A DNA stretch of 64,000 bases from Sedimentisphaerales bacterium (GCA_963663965.2 CAXXFK010000025.1:198664-262663); one strand, 5' to 3'; counted from the stretch's first letter, positions 1 to 11,069 are shown. Program-made: numbers and translations. The notes: generated by a model not told the origin, from the sequence alone.

Positions 1-1
1 G

Positions 2-742
2 TATTATACTCTGACCGGTCAACCTCCGTTTGGAGCGGTCAAAATCAAGGAATTATTTCAGCAGCATCTGCATGCCGAACCGCCCGATTTACGGCAGACG
101 CTGCCGGGTTGTTCGGAGAAACTGGCGCTACTGATCCAAAGGATGCTGGCGAAAAGCGCGGGCGACCGACCCAATGCCGCGGAAGTGGCGGCGATGTTGC
201 GCGCGGAATCCATTTCGTTTGTTGGCGATTCTTTGGGGACAGGAGGTCCGGGAGGGTCTACCTTAGGAACAGAATGGCAGGGGCTCCTGTCAAAAAGCCA
301 TACAGCAATACCCGATCAAACCGGACTGACGGGTATAACCGCCGTTTCTACCTGGCTGGGATCTTTAAAAACACCCCGCACGTTAATTCTGCTGGTAATC
401 ATGGGAGTCCTGGGACTGGGTGGATTGGGGTATCGATGGTACGCATCCCGCCAGCCAGTAGAGAATATTCAAGCCGTCGACAAATTGTTTCCGCAAGCGC
501 CCATCCATTATGGTGTACGGGATAGCGGCACAGTACCAGATCCACAGCCTATTGAAACAACCCCGGATTTTTCGTGGGTGGGCAAAGTCGATACCACGGG
601 CATCCAGTATGTCGCCAGCAAATCGGGACGTACCTATTATGCCATCAGCGATCCTCGGGCCTTACTGATCCGGGCGGATCAATTTATTGGATATGACAAC
701 GCGAACCAGGCGGTCCGGGATGGCAAGCAACCCGCCCCCTGA
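2..742 (+). CDS. Ser/Thr protein kinase, C-terminal part (5'-truncated by window), with TM helix and extracellular tail
   Basis: Frame 2 is open from base 2: YYTLTGQPPF...QHLHAEPPDL...RMLAKSAGDRP matches Hanks-kinase subdomains IX-XI; then a hydrophobic helix (LILLVIMGVLGLGGLGY). Confidence 0.8.
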   Translation, partial: YYTLTGQPPFGAVKIKELFQQHLHAEPPDLRQTLPGCSEKLALLIQRMLAKSAGDRPNAAEVAAMLRAESISFVGDSLGTGGPGGSTLGTEWQGLLSKSHTAIPDQTGLTGITAVSTWLGSLKTPRTLILLVIMGVLGLGGLGYRWYASRQPVENIQAVDKLFPQAPIHYGVRDSGTVPDPQPIETTPDFSWVGKVDTTGIQYVASKSGRTYYAISDPRALLIRADQFIGYDNANQAVRDGKQPAP

Positions 743-780
743 GCAGGCGGATCAATTAATCGGCGTCATCCTTTGCTTAC

Positions 781-2385
781 TCAAGCTGAGCTGGATTCTT
801 CCAAACGATAATCTGTCATCAGGCGTTTCAGTTCCTGTTTGAGGGCCTGGATTTTGTCCTGATAGGCGGGGTTATCGTATTGATTGTGCATTTCGAGCGG
901 ATCTTTTTTCAAATCATAGAATTCCCATTCGCCTTTCTCGTAGAACTCAATCAGTTTGTAACGCTGGTCACGTACGCCGCGATGACGGGCCACCGCATGG
1001 ACGCCCTGCTCGTAATAGGTATAAAGGATGCTTTTTCGCCAGTTAGAGGGTGTCTTGCCACGGAGCAGGGGCATGAGGGATTCGCCCTGAACTTCCGGTG
1101 GGATCTCGATTCCGGCGGCTTCCAATATGGTGGGAGCATAATCGATATTTTGTACCATGGCAGTGGGATGGCTGCCGGGTTTGACAACATCCGGCCATTT
1201 GATGATCAAAGGATTCCGAAGCGACTCTTCATACATCCAGCGTTTGTCGTACCAGCCGTGTTCGCCGTTATAGAACCCCTGATCAGAACTGTAGATAACT
1301 ATCGTGTTCTTATCCAGACCGGTCTGTTTCAGGTAGTCCAGAACCCGGCCGACGTTTTCATCCATGGCCTTGACACATTTGATGTAGTCTTTCATATAGG
1401 CCTGGTATTTCCAGCGGGTAAGATCGTCGCCTGAAAGATTCTGTTGACGGAAGTCCTGGTTACGCGGAACGTAATAACTGTCCCAGTCTTTTCTCTGTTG
1501 AGGGGTCATACGCTGAAATTCCGCGGCGGTGGACATATCGCGGGACTGGGTTTGAGGCGCCTGGGCGCGAATCTCTTCGACCGGCGTATCCGCTGCGGGC
1601 GGCGTGACTTTGACATCCATGGCAATATTGATATGGTCACGGATGGTCATTTCCTGTTCATGCGCGGCGGAAGTGCGGCCGGCGTAATCATCGAACAGAT
1701 TGGCCGGTTCGGGAATATCAACTCCGTCCAGGAAGTTAAAATAACGGGGGTGGGGCATCCAGGTTCGATGCGGGGCCTTGTGCCAGCTACAGAGGAAGAA
1801 CGGTTTTTGCGGATCGCGCCGGTTTTTTAACCAGTCGATGGTCAGGTCACCGATGAGATCGGTGCAATAGCCGGGCAGGCGGGTTTTGCCGTCAGGGGTG
1901 ATAAAATCGGGATTGTAGTACTGGCCCTGGTCGTTGAGGATCTTGAAGTCATCGAAACCGGTTGGCAGTGTGCCCAGATGCCATTTACCGAAGAGAACCG
2001 TCTGATAGCCATTCTGGCGCAGGGCCCTGGCCACGGTCCATTGATCCGCATTGAAGCGGTTGCCGTTATCTTTGAATCCGTTGATGTGGCTGTGTTTGCC
2101 GGTGATGATGGCGGCGCGGCTGGGGCCACAGATGGAGTTGCAGACAAAGCTGTTTTCGAACAGAGCGCCTTCATCAGCGAGACGATCGATATTGGGGGTT
2201 ATGTTATGTTCACGAACGAAGGATTGCATGCGAGACCGGTACGCCCCCAGGGTCTGGAGTGAATGGTCGTCGGAAAAGATGAACAGGATATTGGGATGCC
2301 GGGGTAACGGTTGGGACCATTGGGAACTCTGGCAACCGGCCAAAGCGAGCAAGCCAACACTTTGCAAAAACATTCTTCGATTCAT
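781..2385 (-). CDS. Formylglycine-dependent sulfatase, Tat lipoprotein
   Basis: NRRMFL Tat motif, LAGC lipobox, PNILFIFSDDH, CGPSRA (CxPxR), GKWHLG, SDQG. Confidence 0.93.
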   Translation of the reverse strand: MNRRMFLQSVGLLALAGCQSSQWSQPLPRHPNILFIFSDDHSLQTLGAYRSRMQSFVREHNITPNIDRLADEGALFENSFVCNSICGPSRAAIITGKHSHINGFKDNGNRFNADQWTVARALRQNGYQTVLFGKWHLGTLPTGFDDFKILNDQGQYYNPDFITPDGKTRLPGYCTDLIGDLTIDWLKNRRDPQKPFFLCSWHKAPHRTWMPHPRYFNFLDGVDIPEPANLFDDYAGRTSAAHEQEMTIRDHINIAMDVKVTPPAADTPVEEIRAQAPQTQSRDMSTAAEFQRMTPQQRKDWDSYYVPRNQDFRQQNLSGDDLTRWKYQAYMKDYIKCVKAMDENVGRVLDYLKQTGLDKNTIVIYSSDQGFYNGEHGWYDKRWMYEESLRNPLIIKWPDVVKPGSHPTAMVQNIDYAPTILEAAGIEIPPEVQGESLMPLLRGKTPSNWRKSILYTYYEQGVHAVARHRGVRDQRYKLIEFYEKGEWEFYDLKKDPLEMHNQYDNPAYQDKIQALKQELKRLMTDYRLEESSSA

Positions 2386-2432
2386 GATAACTCCCTGTAT
2401 AAAAATATCTGATTGAAAACAGAGTACACCGA

Positions 2433-4250
2433 TTATCGACAGGTGACATAAACCTGATGAGGCCCTTGTACCTGGCCGGATAATTCGATATCAGCCTGAA
2501 GTTTCAAATTGCCGGTCACCACAGGTACCGCTTTGAAAGTATATTCCGTTTGTCCCTTTTGAGCCGATCCTGTCAGGATATTACCAGACAGGTCGAGACT
2601 GAGCCGGGCCGGTTGAGGCAAGGACGGGAATAATAATTTGATATCATAAAGCGCTTCTTTCCGGGCGTCGAGCAGCCAGAAACCATTGGAATCAGGCGCC
2701 CAGGGCCGGCCTGAGACATGACGCCAGTCTTCACGGGTCAGAACGACAGGATTTTCGTGTTCCGTGCCAATATAAATCCGGGGTGGATCGTAATTGTCGG
2801 GACGGGTGGAACTGACATCCTCAAACCAGGCTTCGTAGCGCTGTTTTAACGGCTCAACGATTTCGGGTTTTTCAGCGGCCAGGTTGTGTTCTTCCAGCGG
2901 ATCAGCAATCATGTCGTATAGCTCAAACTGGGGCGGACCATCAGGTTTCTCTTTACCAAAACCCGAGGCGTTGAGCAATTTCCAACGTTGCGTGCGTGCG
3001 GCGAAATGGTGATATTTGACTGGAACATCGCCGCGATGACTCTGGATCACAATCATCCGATCCGGCCAGTCCACTGCCTGACCTTTGAGCAGGGGCAGGA
3101 TACTGCGCCCATCCAGATTCAATGTTTCAGGCAATTGCACCTGACAGGCTTCAGCAACCGTCGGCAAAATATCAATATGGGCGGCAATCCGATCACTCTG
3201 ATGACCGGCCTTCAACGTTTCGGGCCAATGCATAAAAAAGGGAGCATGGATCCCCCCTTCATGGACAAAAGACTTCCAGCCTTTCATACCGGCAACGTAG
3301 CGGTTGGTATTAGGGCCGTTATCGACCATGAACATCACCATGGTATTTTCGGTCAGATTCATCTGTTTTAATTTAGCCATGAGCCGTCCGACATTCTGAT
3401 CGATATTGGTAACCATGGCGAAAATCCGGGCCAGGGTATCCTGATTCACCTTATCCGGCAGCTTATGCCCTTTCTCCTGGGGGAATTGATCGCTGGCCAG
3501 ATTCATTGATTTATAATGCTGGTAGAGTTCCTCGGGGACATCATGGAACGGACCATGAGGCGCGTTGGTAGGGATGTAAGCGAAAAACGGTTTCTTTTCC
3601 TGCTGACAACGTTCGAGCCAGGCTATGGCCCGGTCGAAATAGATATCGGTGCAATAGCCTTTAAAGGATCTGACTTTACCGTTATCGACCAGCATGGGAT
3701 CGGTATATTTGCCTTCACCTCCGACAGGATCGGAGGGTTGACCAATACCTCCACCCCGGATGACCAGCGATTCATCAAAACCCTGGTCCATGGGCCGCAT
3801 GGGATAATTGTCGCCCAGATGCCATTTGCCAAAGATACCGGTACGATACCCGGCATCGCGCAGGATTTCGGCCAGAGTGGTTTCCTGAGGTTCCATCATC
3901 GCCCGGCCCATATAAGTATCCACCACCCGGGTACGATAATTATAACGACCGGTCATCAGGCAGGCGCGCGTGGGGGCACAGACCGGATGAACATAAAAAT
4001 TGGTCATACTGGCGCTATGACGGGCTAAAGCATCAATATTGGGAGTTTCGATGACAGGATTGCCGGTAAAGCCCAGATCACCATATCCCTGATCATCGGT
4101 GATGATCAGAATAACATTGGGCCGGGAGGCCGGTTCCGCTCCCCACGCCAGACGCCCTGAATTTAAAGCGGCTAATGCCGCAGAGGCGGACAGTCCCGCC
4201 AGGAAATCGCGACGCGATACAGGGTATGCAAACATGATCGTGCCTTTCAT
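2433..4250 (-). CDS. Arylsulfatase (Tat-exported) with C-terminal beta domain
   Basis: SRRDFL, PNVILIITDDQG, CAPTRA, GKWHLG, DNG. Confidence 0.93.
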   Translation of the reverse strand: MKGTIMFAYPVSRRDFLAGLSASAALAALNSGRLAWGAEPASRPNVILIITDDQGYGDLGFTGNPVIETPNIDALARHSASMTNFYVHPVCAPTRACLMTGRYNYRTRVVDTYMGRAMMEPQETTLAEILRDAGYRTGIFGKWHLGDNYPMRPMDQGFDESLVIRGGGIGQPSDPVGGEGKYTDPMLVDNGKVRSFKGYCTDIYFDRAIAWLERCQQEKKPFFAYIPTNAPHGPFHDVPEELYQHYKSMNLASDQFPQEKGHKLPDKVNQDTLARIFAMVTNIDQNVGRLMAKLKQMNLTENTMVMFMVDNGPNTNRYVAGMKGWKSFVHEGGIHAPFFMHWPETLKAGHQSDRIAAHIDILPTVAEACQVQLPETLNLDGRSILPLLKGQAVDWPDRMIVIQSHRGDVPVKYHHFAARTQRWKLLNASGFGKEKPDGPPQFELYDMIADPLEEHNLAAEKPEIVEPLKQRYEAWFEDVSSTRPDNYDPPRIYIGTEHENPVVLTREDWRHVSGRPWAPDSNGFWLLDARKEALYDIKLLFPSLPQPARLSLDLSGNILTGSAQKGQTEYTFKAVPVVTGNLKLQADIELSGQVQGPHQVYVTCR

Positions 4251-4319
4251 TTGGATATCGGATTTGCGTTAGATAACCATCATCTTCGCCGATCAAGGCC
4301 CTGTTTTCAAGTATAATTG

Positions 4320-7300
4320 TCAATCTTCCTGAATGGGATATACCGCAACGCGCACGTCATCAGGAGCGAAGGGCTCTATTCTCAAGGTATTATTTCCCGA
4401 TGTTACGTGTTGGGTGATATCCAATTGATAAGGTTTACCAATAAAACCGCCGGCATAATGGCCATTTACGGTGATGCGGGCAGCCGCCTCAACAGGAACG
4501 GAATCCATTTCGAGGATGAAGCGCGAATGGTAGCGGGATTGACCCTCGGATAATTCAAAGTCGCCCATAAAGGGATCGGCCCGATCGACAGGACTGTAGG
4601 TTCTGCGTTTCGCCGAGAGCAACCCCCACGGTTGCGTACCATAATCCGCGAAGGCAAATGCGGTTTGCCAGCGGCTATCGTTGAAATCGGGCGATTCCCA
4701 GCGGGAACTCTTTTGGGTACTGACACGACAGCCGGCATCGAGAGGAATAACGATAGTCTGGCCCGGCAGGGACACGATGAACTTGCCGATCAAGCCGGCG
4801 GGATTGCTGTTATCCGCGCCATTGACCGCCTCTATGGCCGCCACATTCCGGCCCGGGTGAATAAAATCGGTCACATCGAGATCGGCCAGCGCTGCCCAGG
4901 TGTTCATAATATTGGAATCTGCCGCGATGAGTCGGCCGTTGATCCAGAGCGTTAATTGGTTGTCGGCTGTTCCAAGGAAACGGGCTTCGGTGATTTTCTG
5001 CCCTGATGGAATCTGAAACGATTTACGGAAATAACAAGCGCCTGGTTCAACCTGGGAGGCAGGATCGCCGCCCGGCTTCCAGATCCATTGACAACCCCGC
5101 AAAGGATCAACCTGCGTTTGATCGTCTTTCACCTTATTATCGGCAACAGAAACCTCACGACGTATTACCGGGATTTTCTGTCTGGACTTTTCTTCAAGCG
5201 ATTCGAGTTTGCGTTTCTGGGCGGCGAAAACCAACAGGACGCTTTCATTGGACTCCAGAACCATGTCCAGTTCAACCGTATCGCCCTGACGTTTGAAGGG
5301 AATAGAACTAATCTCACCACGTAAAGCGTCCCAGCGTTCCGGATAGCCGGGAGCAGTGATGCGGAACCGGAAATTCCGCCGGGTGTCATCTACGTTCTGG
5401 TTACAGATAAAGAAAATATCACGATTATCCTTTATCCGGTGCAGAGCATGCAGCCAATGTCCGGTTTCGCCCGAGAGGACTTCTAAAGTGGGGTGAATGC
5501 CGGCATCAGTAGTCAATACTTGCTGAATCTGTTCCGGAGTAGGATTGGCTGGCAACAGGTAGGAACGGCCGCCGGCGGCATTGGTTTGACAAACATTCAA
5601 GCCGGGAGTGGCATTCCCCCAGATAACCCGGCACAACGATTCGATATCGCCGTTATTCCGGCCCAGGGTCGCAGGGCGGGAGGGTAAAAAATCATAACCA
5701 ACGACAATCCCCCCCTGCTGCCAGAATGCTTTGACTTTTAACAGGGTTTCATACGGAATCACTTCAATGGGAGGCACGATTAAAATCCGGTACCGTTCCT
5801 GATAGAGCAACAGATGGCCGGAATCGATCTTTGCATCCTTTTCGAATACTTCACGCGGCAGCCAGTCGAAATCAAACAGGGCATCCTGAAGCGATTCGCT
5901 GATCTGTTCGGGCATGACCGCCTTGCCGACATTGTAACTATTACCCACAAACAGCAATGCCACCGGACAGACATGTCGACCGCCGGACAGCATCATACTC
6001 AAGCGGGCAGTATAATCGGCATAGACCCGGTAGAGCGGCCAGCGCGGTTCTTCGCCGCTGTTATAGAAATAGGGTGGACAATCGGTATCATAGGGTGAAC
6101 GGGGATTGAAGGAGTGCGGGATATGAAAATTGACTCCGCAGACCTGCATGTGGTCGGTCCACCATTTCATCTCGGGATAGGTCAGGTTCTGACCACGGGC
6201 CCCGAAGATCTCGACCATGGCCAGGTCATCTTTTTTGCCATAGGCATGACTGATCGAACTGGCCAGCTTGGGTGTCATCCAGGTTGGAACATCGTTCGTT
6301 ACTCGTTTACCCATGGCAAACTGGCTGAATACAGCGTCGATACCGCCCATATCGCTGTATTTCTGTAAGCGGATCATATCGCCGGCACAGAACATCAGAT
6401 TGCGATAGAGATAGCCATGCTCCATGAAGTGTCCGATTGAGACCACGCCATGTTGATGACACCAGTTGGTAATGCTGCCATACATGGTCCGGCCCCAGGT
6501 TTCGGCGAAGGCATCCAGATACTGATATCTGGCGGCAGTCTGGTCCGGGCCGTTTAATTCGAATTTATAGGCCACATAGGCTTTTTTCCAATCCACTCCC
6601 CATTCGGCCAGAGTTTTGTTCAACTCGGTACCCCAATCACCACGCGTTTCTGGTTCGTCATAGAAAAAACCGGGAATCCAGGTACCAAAGTCTTCTTTAA
6701 AACGGTCATAATGGGGTTGATACACGGTTTGAATAAACCAGTCTACACAATCCTGGCTGGCGCCATCGACACTGAGCTGGCCATTCTGGCCGAGCGGCGG
6801 GCCTTGTTTGTGGGTGAATTTCATGATGCGCCATGGCCCGGAAGGTATCTGCCATGAGAGTTGGCCATTGCGGATAAATTTTGCCAGATCAATCAATGAG
6901 TCGCCATCCACTTTACCATCGGCGGTTATCTTTCCGGCAATGGCGGCAATATATCTTTCGCCCCCGAAGCCCGGGGCGGTGTACTGTTTGGGGCCCGTTA
7001 CCTCTTCTGCCTGGGCAACCAGCATTTTGGTTGCGTAACGAGGTGAAACCTGGCCGGCCACACCCTGACTGGGCCACCATTTCTCATCAAAGATCCACAT
7101 CTTCAGGTTATGTTTTTTGGCGGCATCCAGACAAATCGCCAGATCCCGGTACCAGCCTTCGCCCAGCCAGTCATTATGAGGGCGCGACTCAGCGGTAAAG
7201 CATCCATTGCCGCCTTCGGCGACAATGGCCACATAATCACGCAATTTCTGTTCGCTTTCATCGCCATGCAGCCAGAAAAGCGGCCCGGTCAATTGGCGTG

Positions 7301-7424
7301 ATTCCATCGGCAACTCGATGAAATGACTATGCCAGTCAGTCAGCGTATCTGCCCTGGCAATATTAAAAGGAGCACCAACAGCTAACCCTGCCAGCAACAC
7401 GACACACCACCATGACTTTTTCAT
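4320..7424 (-). CDS. Glycoside hydrolase family 106-like (alpha-L-rhamnosidase-like) secreted protein
   Basis: Signal peptide MKKSWW...; LFWLHGD, WIFDEKWWPS, FFYDEPE, KLASSISHAYGK, EIFG motifs resemble GH106; C-terminal rhamnosidase-type beta-sandwich (WIW...YFRKSF...ADN). Start chosen at the RBS-supported ATG 7424. Confidence 0.7.
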   Translation of the reverse strand: MKKSWWCVVLLAGLAVGAPFNIARADTLTDWHSHFIELPMESRQLTGPLFWLHGDESEQKLRDYVAIVAEGGNGCFTAESRPHNDWLGEGWYRDLAICLDAAKKHNLKMWIFDEKWWPSQGVAGQVSPRYATKMLVAQAEEVTGPKQYTAPGFGGERYIAAIAGKITADGKVDGDSLIDLAKFIRNGQLSWQIPSGPWRIMKFTHKQGPPLGQNGQLSVDGASQDCVDWFIQTVYQPHYDRFKEDFGTWIPGFFYDEPETRGDWGTELNKTLAEWGVDWKKAYVAYKFELNGPDQTAARYQYLDAFAETWGRTMYGSITNWCHQHGVVSIGHFMEHGYLYRNLMFCAGDMIRLQKYSDMGGIDAVFSQFAMGKRVTNDVPTWMTPKLASSISHAYGKKDDLAMVEIFGARGQNLTYPEMKWWTDHMQVCGVNFHIPHSFNPRSPYDTDCPPYFYNSGEEPRWPLYRVYADYTARLSMMLSGGRHVCPVALLFVGNSYNVGKAVMPEQISESLQDALFDFDWLPREVFEKDAKIDSGHLLLYQERYRILIVPPIEVIPYETLLKVKAFWQQGGIVVGYDFLPSRPATLGRNNGDIESLCRVIWGNATPGLNVCQTNAAGGRSYLLPANPTPEQIQQVLTTDAGIHPTLEVLSGETGHWLHALHRIKDNRDIFFICNQNVDDTRRNFRFRITAPGYPERWDALRGEISSIPFKRQGDTVELDMVLESNESVLLVFAAQKRKLESLEEKSRQKIPVIRREVSVADNKVKDDQTQVDPLRGCQWIWKPGGDPASQVEPGACYFRKSFQIPSGQKITEARFLGTADNQLTLWINGRLIAADSNIMNTWAALADLDVTDFIHPGRNVAAIEAVNGADNSNPAGLIGKFIVSLPGQTIVIPLDAGCRVSTQKSSRWESPDFNDSRWQTAFAFADYGTQPWGLLSAKRRTYSPVDRADPFMGDFELSEGQSRYHSRFILEMDSVPVEAAARITVNGHYAGGFIGKPYQLDITQHVTSGNNTLRIEPFAPDDVRVAVYPIQED

Positions 7425-7833
7425 AAAGAACTCCATTCGCATGTTATGACACCATCGGCCCGATTGCGCCAGGTCAAATGAATAAACGAACATCCATTAC
7501 CGGCTATTACTCATGATCAATTGATTTATTACCATGGCATCGCTTCGTAACTTTATATTTATGCCATAGTAACTCAGGTTTATTTTTTAAATGAATGCGA
7601 TTTTTGTCAATATTTTTATGATATATGATATTTATAAATGTCTGATATTCATCCAGGTTCCTTGTTCACTCCGGTCAAATTTATTTGTTTTTAATTCATA
7701 TTCCTAATTAATAGCTATTACGAATAATTTTCCAAAAATCGCCTTGCTCATTTGTCTTTTACCAAATCAACGCCTAAGATTTGATAAAGTTTAAGCAATG
7801 ATTAACATGTAATGTGTCTAATAAATTGAAAGG

Positions 7834-8472
7834 ATGGCAATTATGTCTGAATGTTGTAAACCTTGTTTGCAGGTAGGTGCACCGGCTCCTTCTTTTAAAG
7901 GTCGGGCTGTAGTTGGTAATGAGATGGTAGATTTGGAATATGAAAAAGGGGTATTAAAAGTAGGCGATGAAACGATAAAAGGGAAATATGTTGTGTTATT
8001 CTATTATCCACTGGACTTTACGTTTGTTTGTCCAACGGAAATACTTGCTTTTCATGATAAGATAAGCGCGTTTAAGGAAATAGGCGCTGAGGTTATTGGC
8101 GTTTCAGTGGACAGCCCATACACGCACTTGGCTTGGAAGAACACTCCGCGTAATCAGGGCGGACTGGGACAATTGGATTTTCCGTTATTGTCAGACCTGG
8201 GCGGGAAGAACGCCTCGGCTTATGAAGTGCTTTTGGAAGGCGGCGTTGCGGCACGCGGCGTATTCATTATTGACGAACAGGGAACTCTGCAAAGCTATAC
8301 GGTTAACAATCTTGGTGTTGGTCGTAATGTTGATGAGATCATCCGCCTGATTCAGGGTTTCCAGTTTGTGGCCAAACATGGCGAAGTCTGTCCGGCTAAC
8401 TGGAAGCCGGGGGCGGATACCATGAAACCCGATCCAGAAGGATCCAAGGACTATTTCAAAAAGGTTAAATAG
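7834..8472 (+). CDS. ahpC: Typical 2-Cys peroxiredoxin (AhpC/Prx1)
   Basis: [14 protein letters not shown] and GEVCPANW motifs. Confidence 0.93.
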   Translation: MAIMSECCKPCLQVGAPAPSFKGRAVVGNEMVDLEYEKGVLKVGDETIKGKYVVLFYYPLDFTFVCPTEILAFHDKISAFKEIGAEVIGVSVDSPYTHLAWKNTPRNQGGLGQLDFPLLSDLGGKNASAYEVLLEGGVAARGVFIIDEQGTLQSYTVNNLGVGRNVDEIIRLIQGFQFVAKHGEVCPANWKPGADTMKPDPEGSKDYFKKVK

Positions 8473-8523
8473 CCTATCAATAATTGATCGATTTATATTC
8501 TGCTCAAACAGTTAAGCCGTATC

Positions 8524-8555
8524 ACCCTGCAGGATTCTTCTTGCAGGGTTATTTT
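8524..8555 (+). terminator. Intrinsic terminator after ahpC
   Basis: accctgcagga / tcttgcagggt stem followed by tatttt. Confidence 0.6.
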
Positions 8556-8590
8556 ATTATAATGAAAGAAGTTATGACTACTTTATCTTC

Positions 8591-8619
8591 TGTCAACAAA
8601 ATAATATACACTGTGTATA
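8591..8619 (-). repeat. Solo copy of the RAYT terminal-repeat motif
   Basis: tgtcaacaaaataatatacactgtgtata differs by one base from 19864-19892. Confidence 0.85.
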
Positions 8620-8865
8620 ATAGAAAAAAGCCTGCAATTCATCCGCTGGCTCCGGGCCGTCCTGATCAAAAAGACCTCCTGGCCAGCCGCTGTGGATGAA
8701 TTGAGGCCGCTCATGATGGAATACCTCCAATGAATTTACAACACCGTTCGAAAAAAGTATTTGATATTCATAAGAGGGGTCTGGAATTGACAGGGGATTA
8801 TCAAACGCTATGATTAGAATTTGAAATAAGTTAATTTTTAAATCCAGTCCAGGAAGGAAAAACCG

Positions 8866-10962
8866 ATGAAATTTCGAATGTACCTCCAGTGTAACCTGTT
8901 AATCGTATTGCTCTTTTCCTGTTGCCATATATTTGCAGAAACCGGGATAAGCGACCAACACGGATTTTCTGTTTATGACATGCTGGCTATGGATCGGATC
9001 TCCGACTGGCTGGTATCGCCGGATGGCCGGCAGATTGTATTTTGTCTACGGAAGACTGATCTGGACGCTAATCGAGGACGCACGGATCTCTGGCTTGTCA
9101 GCAGTGACGGTAGTGCTTTGCGGCAATTGACGACTGATCCGGCGAGTGATTTTAATCCACGCTGGAGTGCTGACGGCCAGTCAATCTGGTTTATTTCCAC
9201 CCGGAGCGGCTCGGCCCAGGTCTGGAGGATTGCTGTTAATGGTGGGGAAGCCAAACAAATAACTGATTTGCCGCTGGATGCGGGCAATCTGGCTGTATCG
9301 CCGGATGGCAGTCTTCTCGCATTTACCCTGGATGTATTTATCAATTGCCAGACCATAGCCGAAACCAAACAGCGTCTGGACGAAATCGCGGCCCGGCCGG
9401 CTTCCGGCAGAATCTATGACCGTCTGTTTATCCGCCACTGGGACACCTGGAAGGATGGCCGGCGTTCTCATTTGTTTGTCATCCCGGCATCGGAGGATAA
9501 ATATATCGGCGAGCCTGTAGACGTAATGGCCGGGTTGGATGCCGATACTCCCAGCAAACCCTTTGGCGGCCCGGAAGAGATCACCTTCGCACCGGATGGC
9601 CGCTCGATCGTATTTTCCACACGGCTGGCAGGACACTCAGAAGCCTGGAGTACCAATTTTGATTTGTATCAGGCATCGACCGACGGTTCTGGGAAATTGA
9701 AGAACTTAACCCGGGATAATCTCGCCTGGGATACCCAACCGGTATTTTCGCCCAATGGCGAAACACTGGCTTATCTGGCAATGCAAAAACCGGCCTATGA
9801 ATCGGACCGGATGCGAATTGTACTGCGTAATATGCAGACGGGAACAACCAGAATTTTAACTGAGGACTGGGATCGGTCACCCGGCAGTTTGTGCTGGTCG
9901 CCGGATGGCAAAACACTTTACGCAACGGCCGGCAATATCGGACAGAATTCCTTGTTCGCAGTTAATGTTAAAGACGGTAAAGCCAAAACGATTGTAGATG
10001 AAGGCTGGATCGGATCGCCACAGATGATCCATGGATCCTCCCCACGGGATTACCGTATCCTGTTTGGTATGGACCATTTGAAATCACCAGTTGAACTTTA
10101 TAGTGTTAAGCCGACAGGGGATGATATTCAAACGATTACCGCAATCAATGCCCATAAAATTGCCATTACCCGCCTGGGTGACTTTGAACAATTCAATTTC
10201 GCCGGATGGAACGATGAAACCGTTTATGGCTATCTGGTTAAACCGGCAGGATTTGAAACCGGCAGGAAGTATCCGGTCGCGTTCCTGATTCATGGCGGAC
10301 CGCAGGGTTCTTTCGGTAACCATTTTCATTACCGCTGGAATCCGCAGGCCTATGCCGGAGCCGGGTATGCCGTTGTGATGATCGATTTCCACGGCTCCAC
10401 CGGATACGGACAGGCCTTTACCGATTCGATTCAGGGCGACTGGGGCGGCAAACCGCTGGAAGACCTGCAAAAAGGTCTGGCCGCCGCGCTCAAACGGTAT
10501 CCGTGGCTGGATGGCGATCGGGTGGGCGCGCTGGGCGCTTCCTATGGCGGCTTTATGATTAACTGGATCGCCGGCAACTGGCCGGACCGGTTCCGCTGCC
10601 TGGTCAATCACGATGGGAATCTGGACGAACATATGGCATACTATGATACCGATGAACTGTGGTTTCCCGAACACGATCATTGCGGCACACCGTGGGAGAA
10701 TCCGGAAGGATACGAAAAACACAATCCGATTCATTTTATCAAAAACTGGCAAACGCCCATGCTGGTGATTCATGGCGCCCTGGATTACCGGGTGGTCGAT
10801 ACCCAGGGGATCTCGACCTTTACCGCGCTGCAACGCCGGGGTATCCCAAGCAAACTGCTTTATTTTCCGGACGAAAATCACTGGATAAGCAAACCCCAGA
10901 ATTCGATTCTCTGGCATGAAACGGTATTGGGATGGCTGGATGAGTACCTGATGAAAAAGTAA
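8866..10962 (+). CDS. S9C prolyl oligopeptidase family / dipeptidyl-peptidase 5-like peptidase
   Basis: Signal peptide, SPDG propeller repeats, IHGGPQG, GASYGG nucleophile, HGALD, PDENH. Confidence 0.93.
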   Translation: MKFRMYLQCNLLIVLLFSCCHIFAETGISDQHGFSVYDMLAMDRISDWLVSPDGRQIVFCLRKTDLDANRGRTDLWLVSSDGSALRQLTTDPASDFNPRWSADGQSIWFISTRSGSAQVWRIAVNGGEAKQITDLPLDAGNLAVSPDGSLLAFTLDVFINCQTIAETKQRLDEIAARPASGRIYDRLFIRHWDTWKDGRRSHLFVIPASEDKYIGEPVDVMAGLDADTPSKPFGGPEEITFAPDGRSIVFSTRLAGHSEAWSTNFDLYQASTDGSGKLKNLTRDNLAWDTQPVFSPNGETLAYLAMQKPAYESDRMRIVLRNMQTGTTRILTEDWDRSPGSLCWSPDGKTLYATAGNIGQNSLFAVNVKDGKAKTIVDEGWIGSPQMIHGSSPRDYRILFGMDHLKSPVELYSVKPTGDDIQTITAINAHKIAITRLGDFEQFNFAGWNDETVYGYLVKPAGFETGRKYPVAFLIHGGPQGSFGNHFHYRWNPQAYAGAGYAVVMIDFHGSTGYGQAFTDSIQGDWGGKPLEDLQKGLAAALKRYPWLDGDRVGALGASYGGFMINWIAGNWPDRFRCLVNHDGNLDEHMAYYDTDELWFPEHDHCGTPWENPEGYEKHNPIHFIKNWQTPMLVIHGALDYRVVDTQGISTFTALQRRGIPSKLLYFPDENHWISKPQNSILWHETVLGWLDEYLMKK

Positions 10963-11001
10963 TATCCTGCCAAGATATCTAATAAAAGGAACCTCTAAAG
11001 C

Positions 11002-11035
11002 AAAAGCCGGGATCGTCAAATACGAATCCCGGCTT
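11002..11035. terminator. Bidirectional terminator between convergent genes
   Basis: aagccgggat...atcccggctt stem with A/T flanks. Confidence 0.6.
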
Positions 11036-11069
11036 ATTGTTTAGACGATTTCAAGGCGTCATGACGATC

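Noticed and set aside
10084..11019. 311-aa antisense ORF over the S9 peptidase
   Set aside because: Mirror frame of a well-conserved gene with no motifs.
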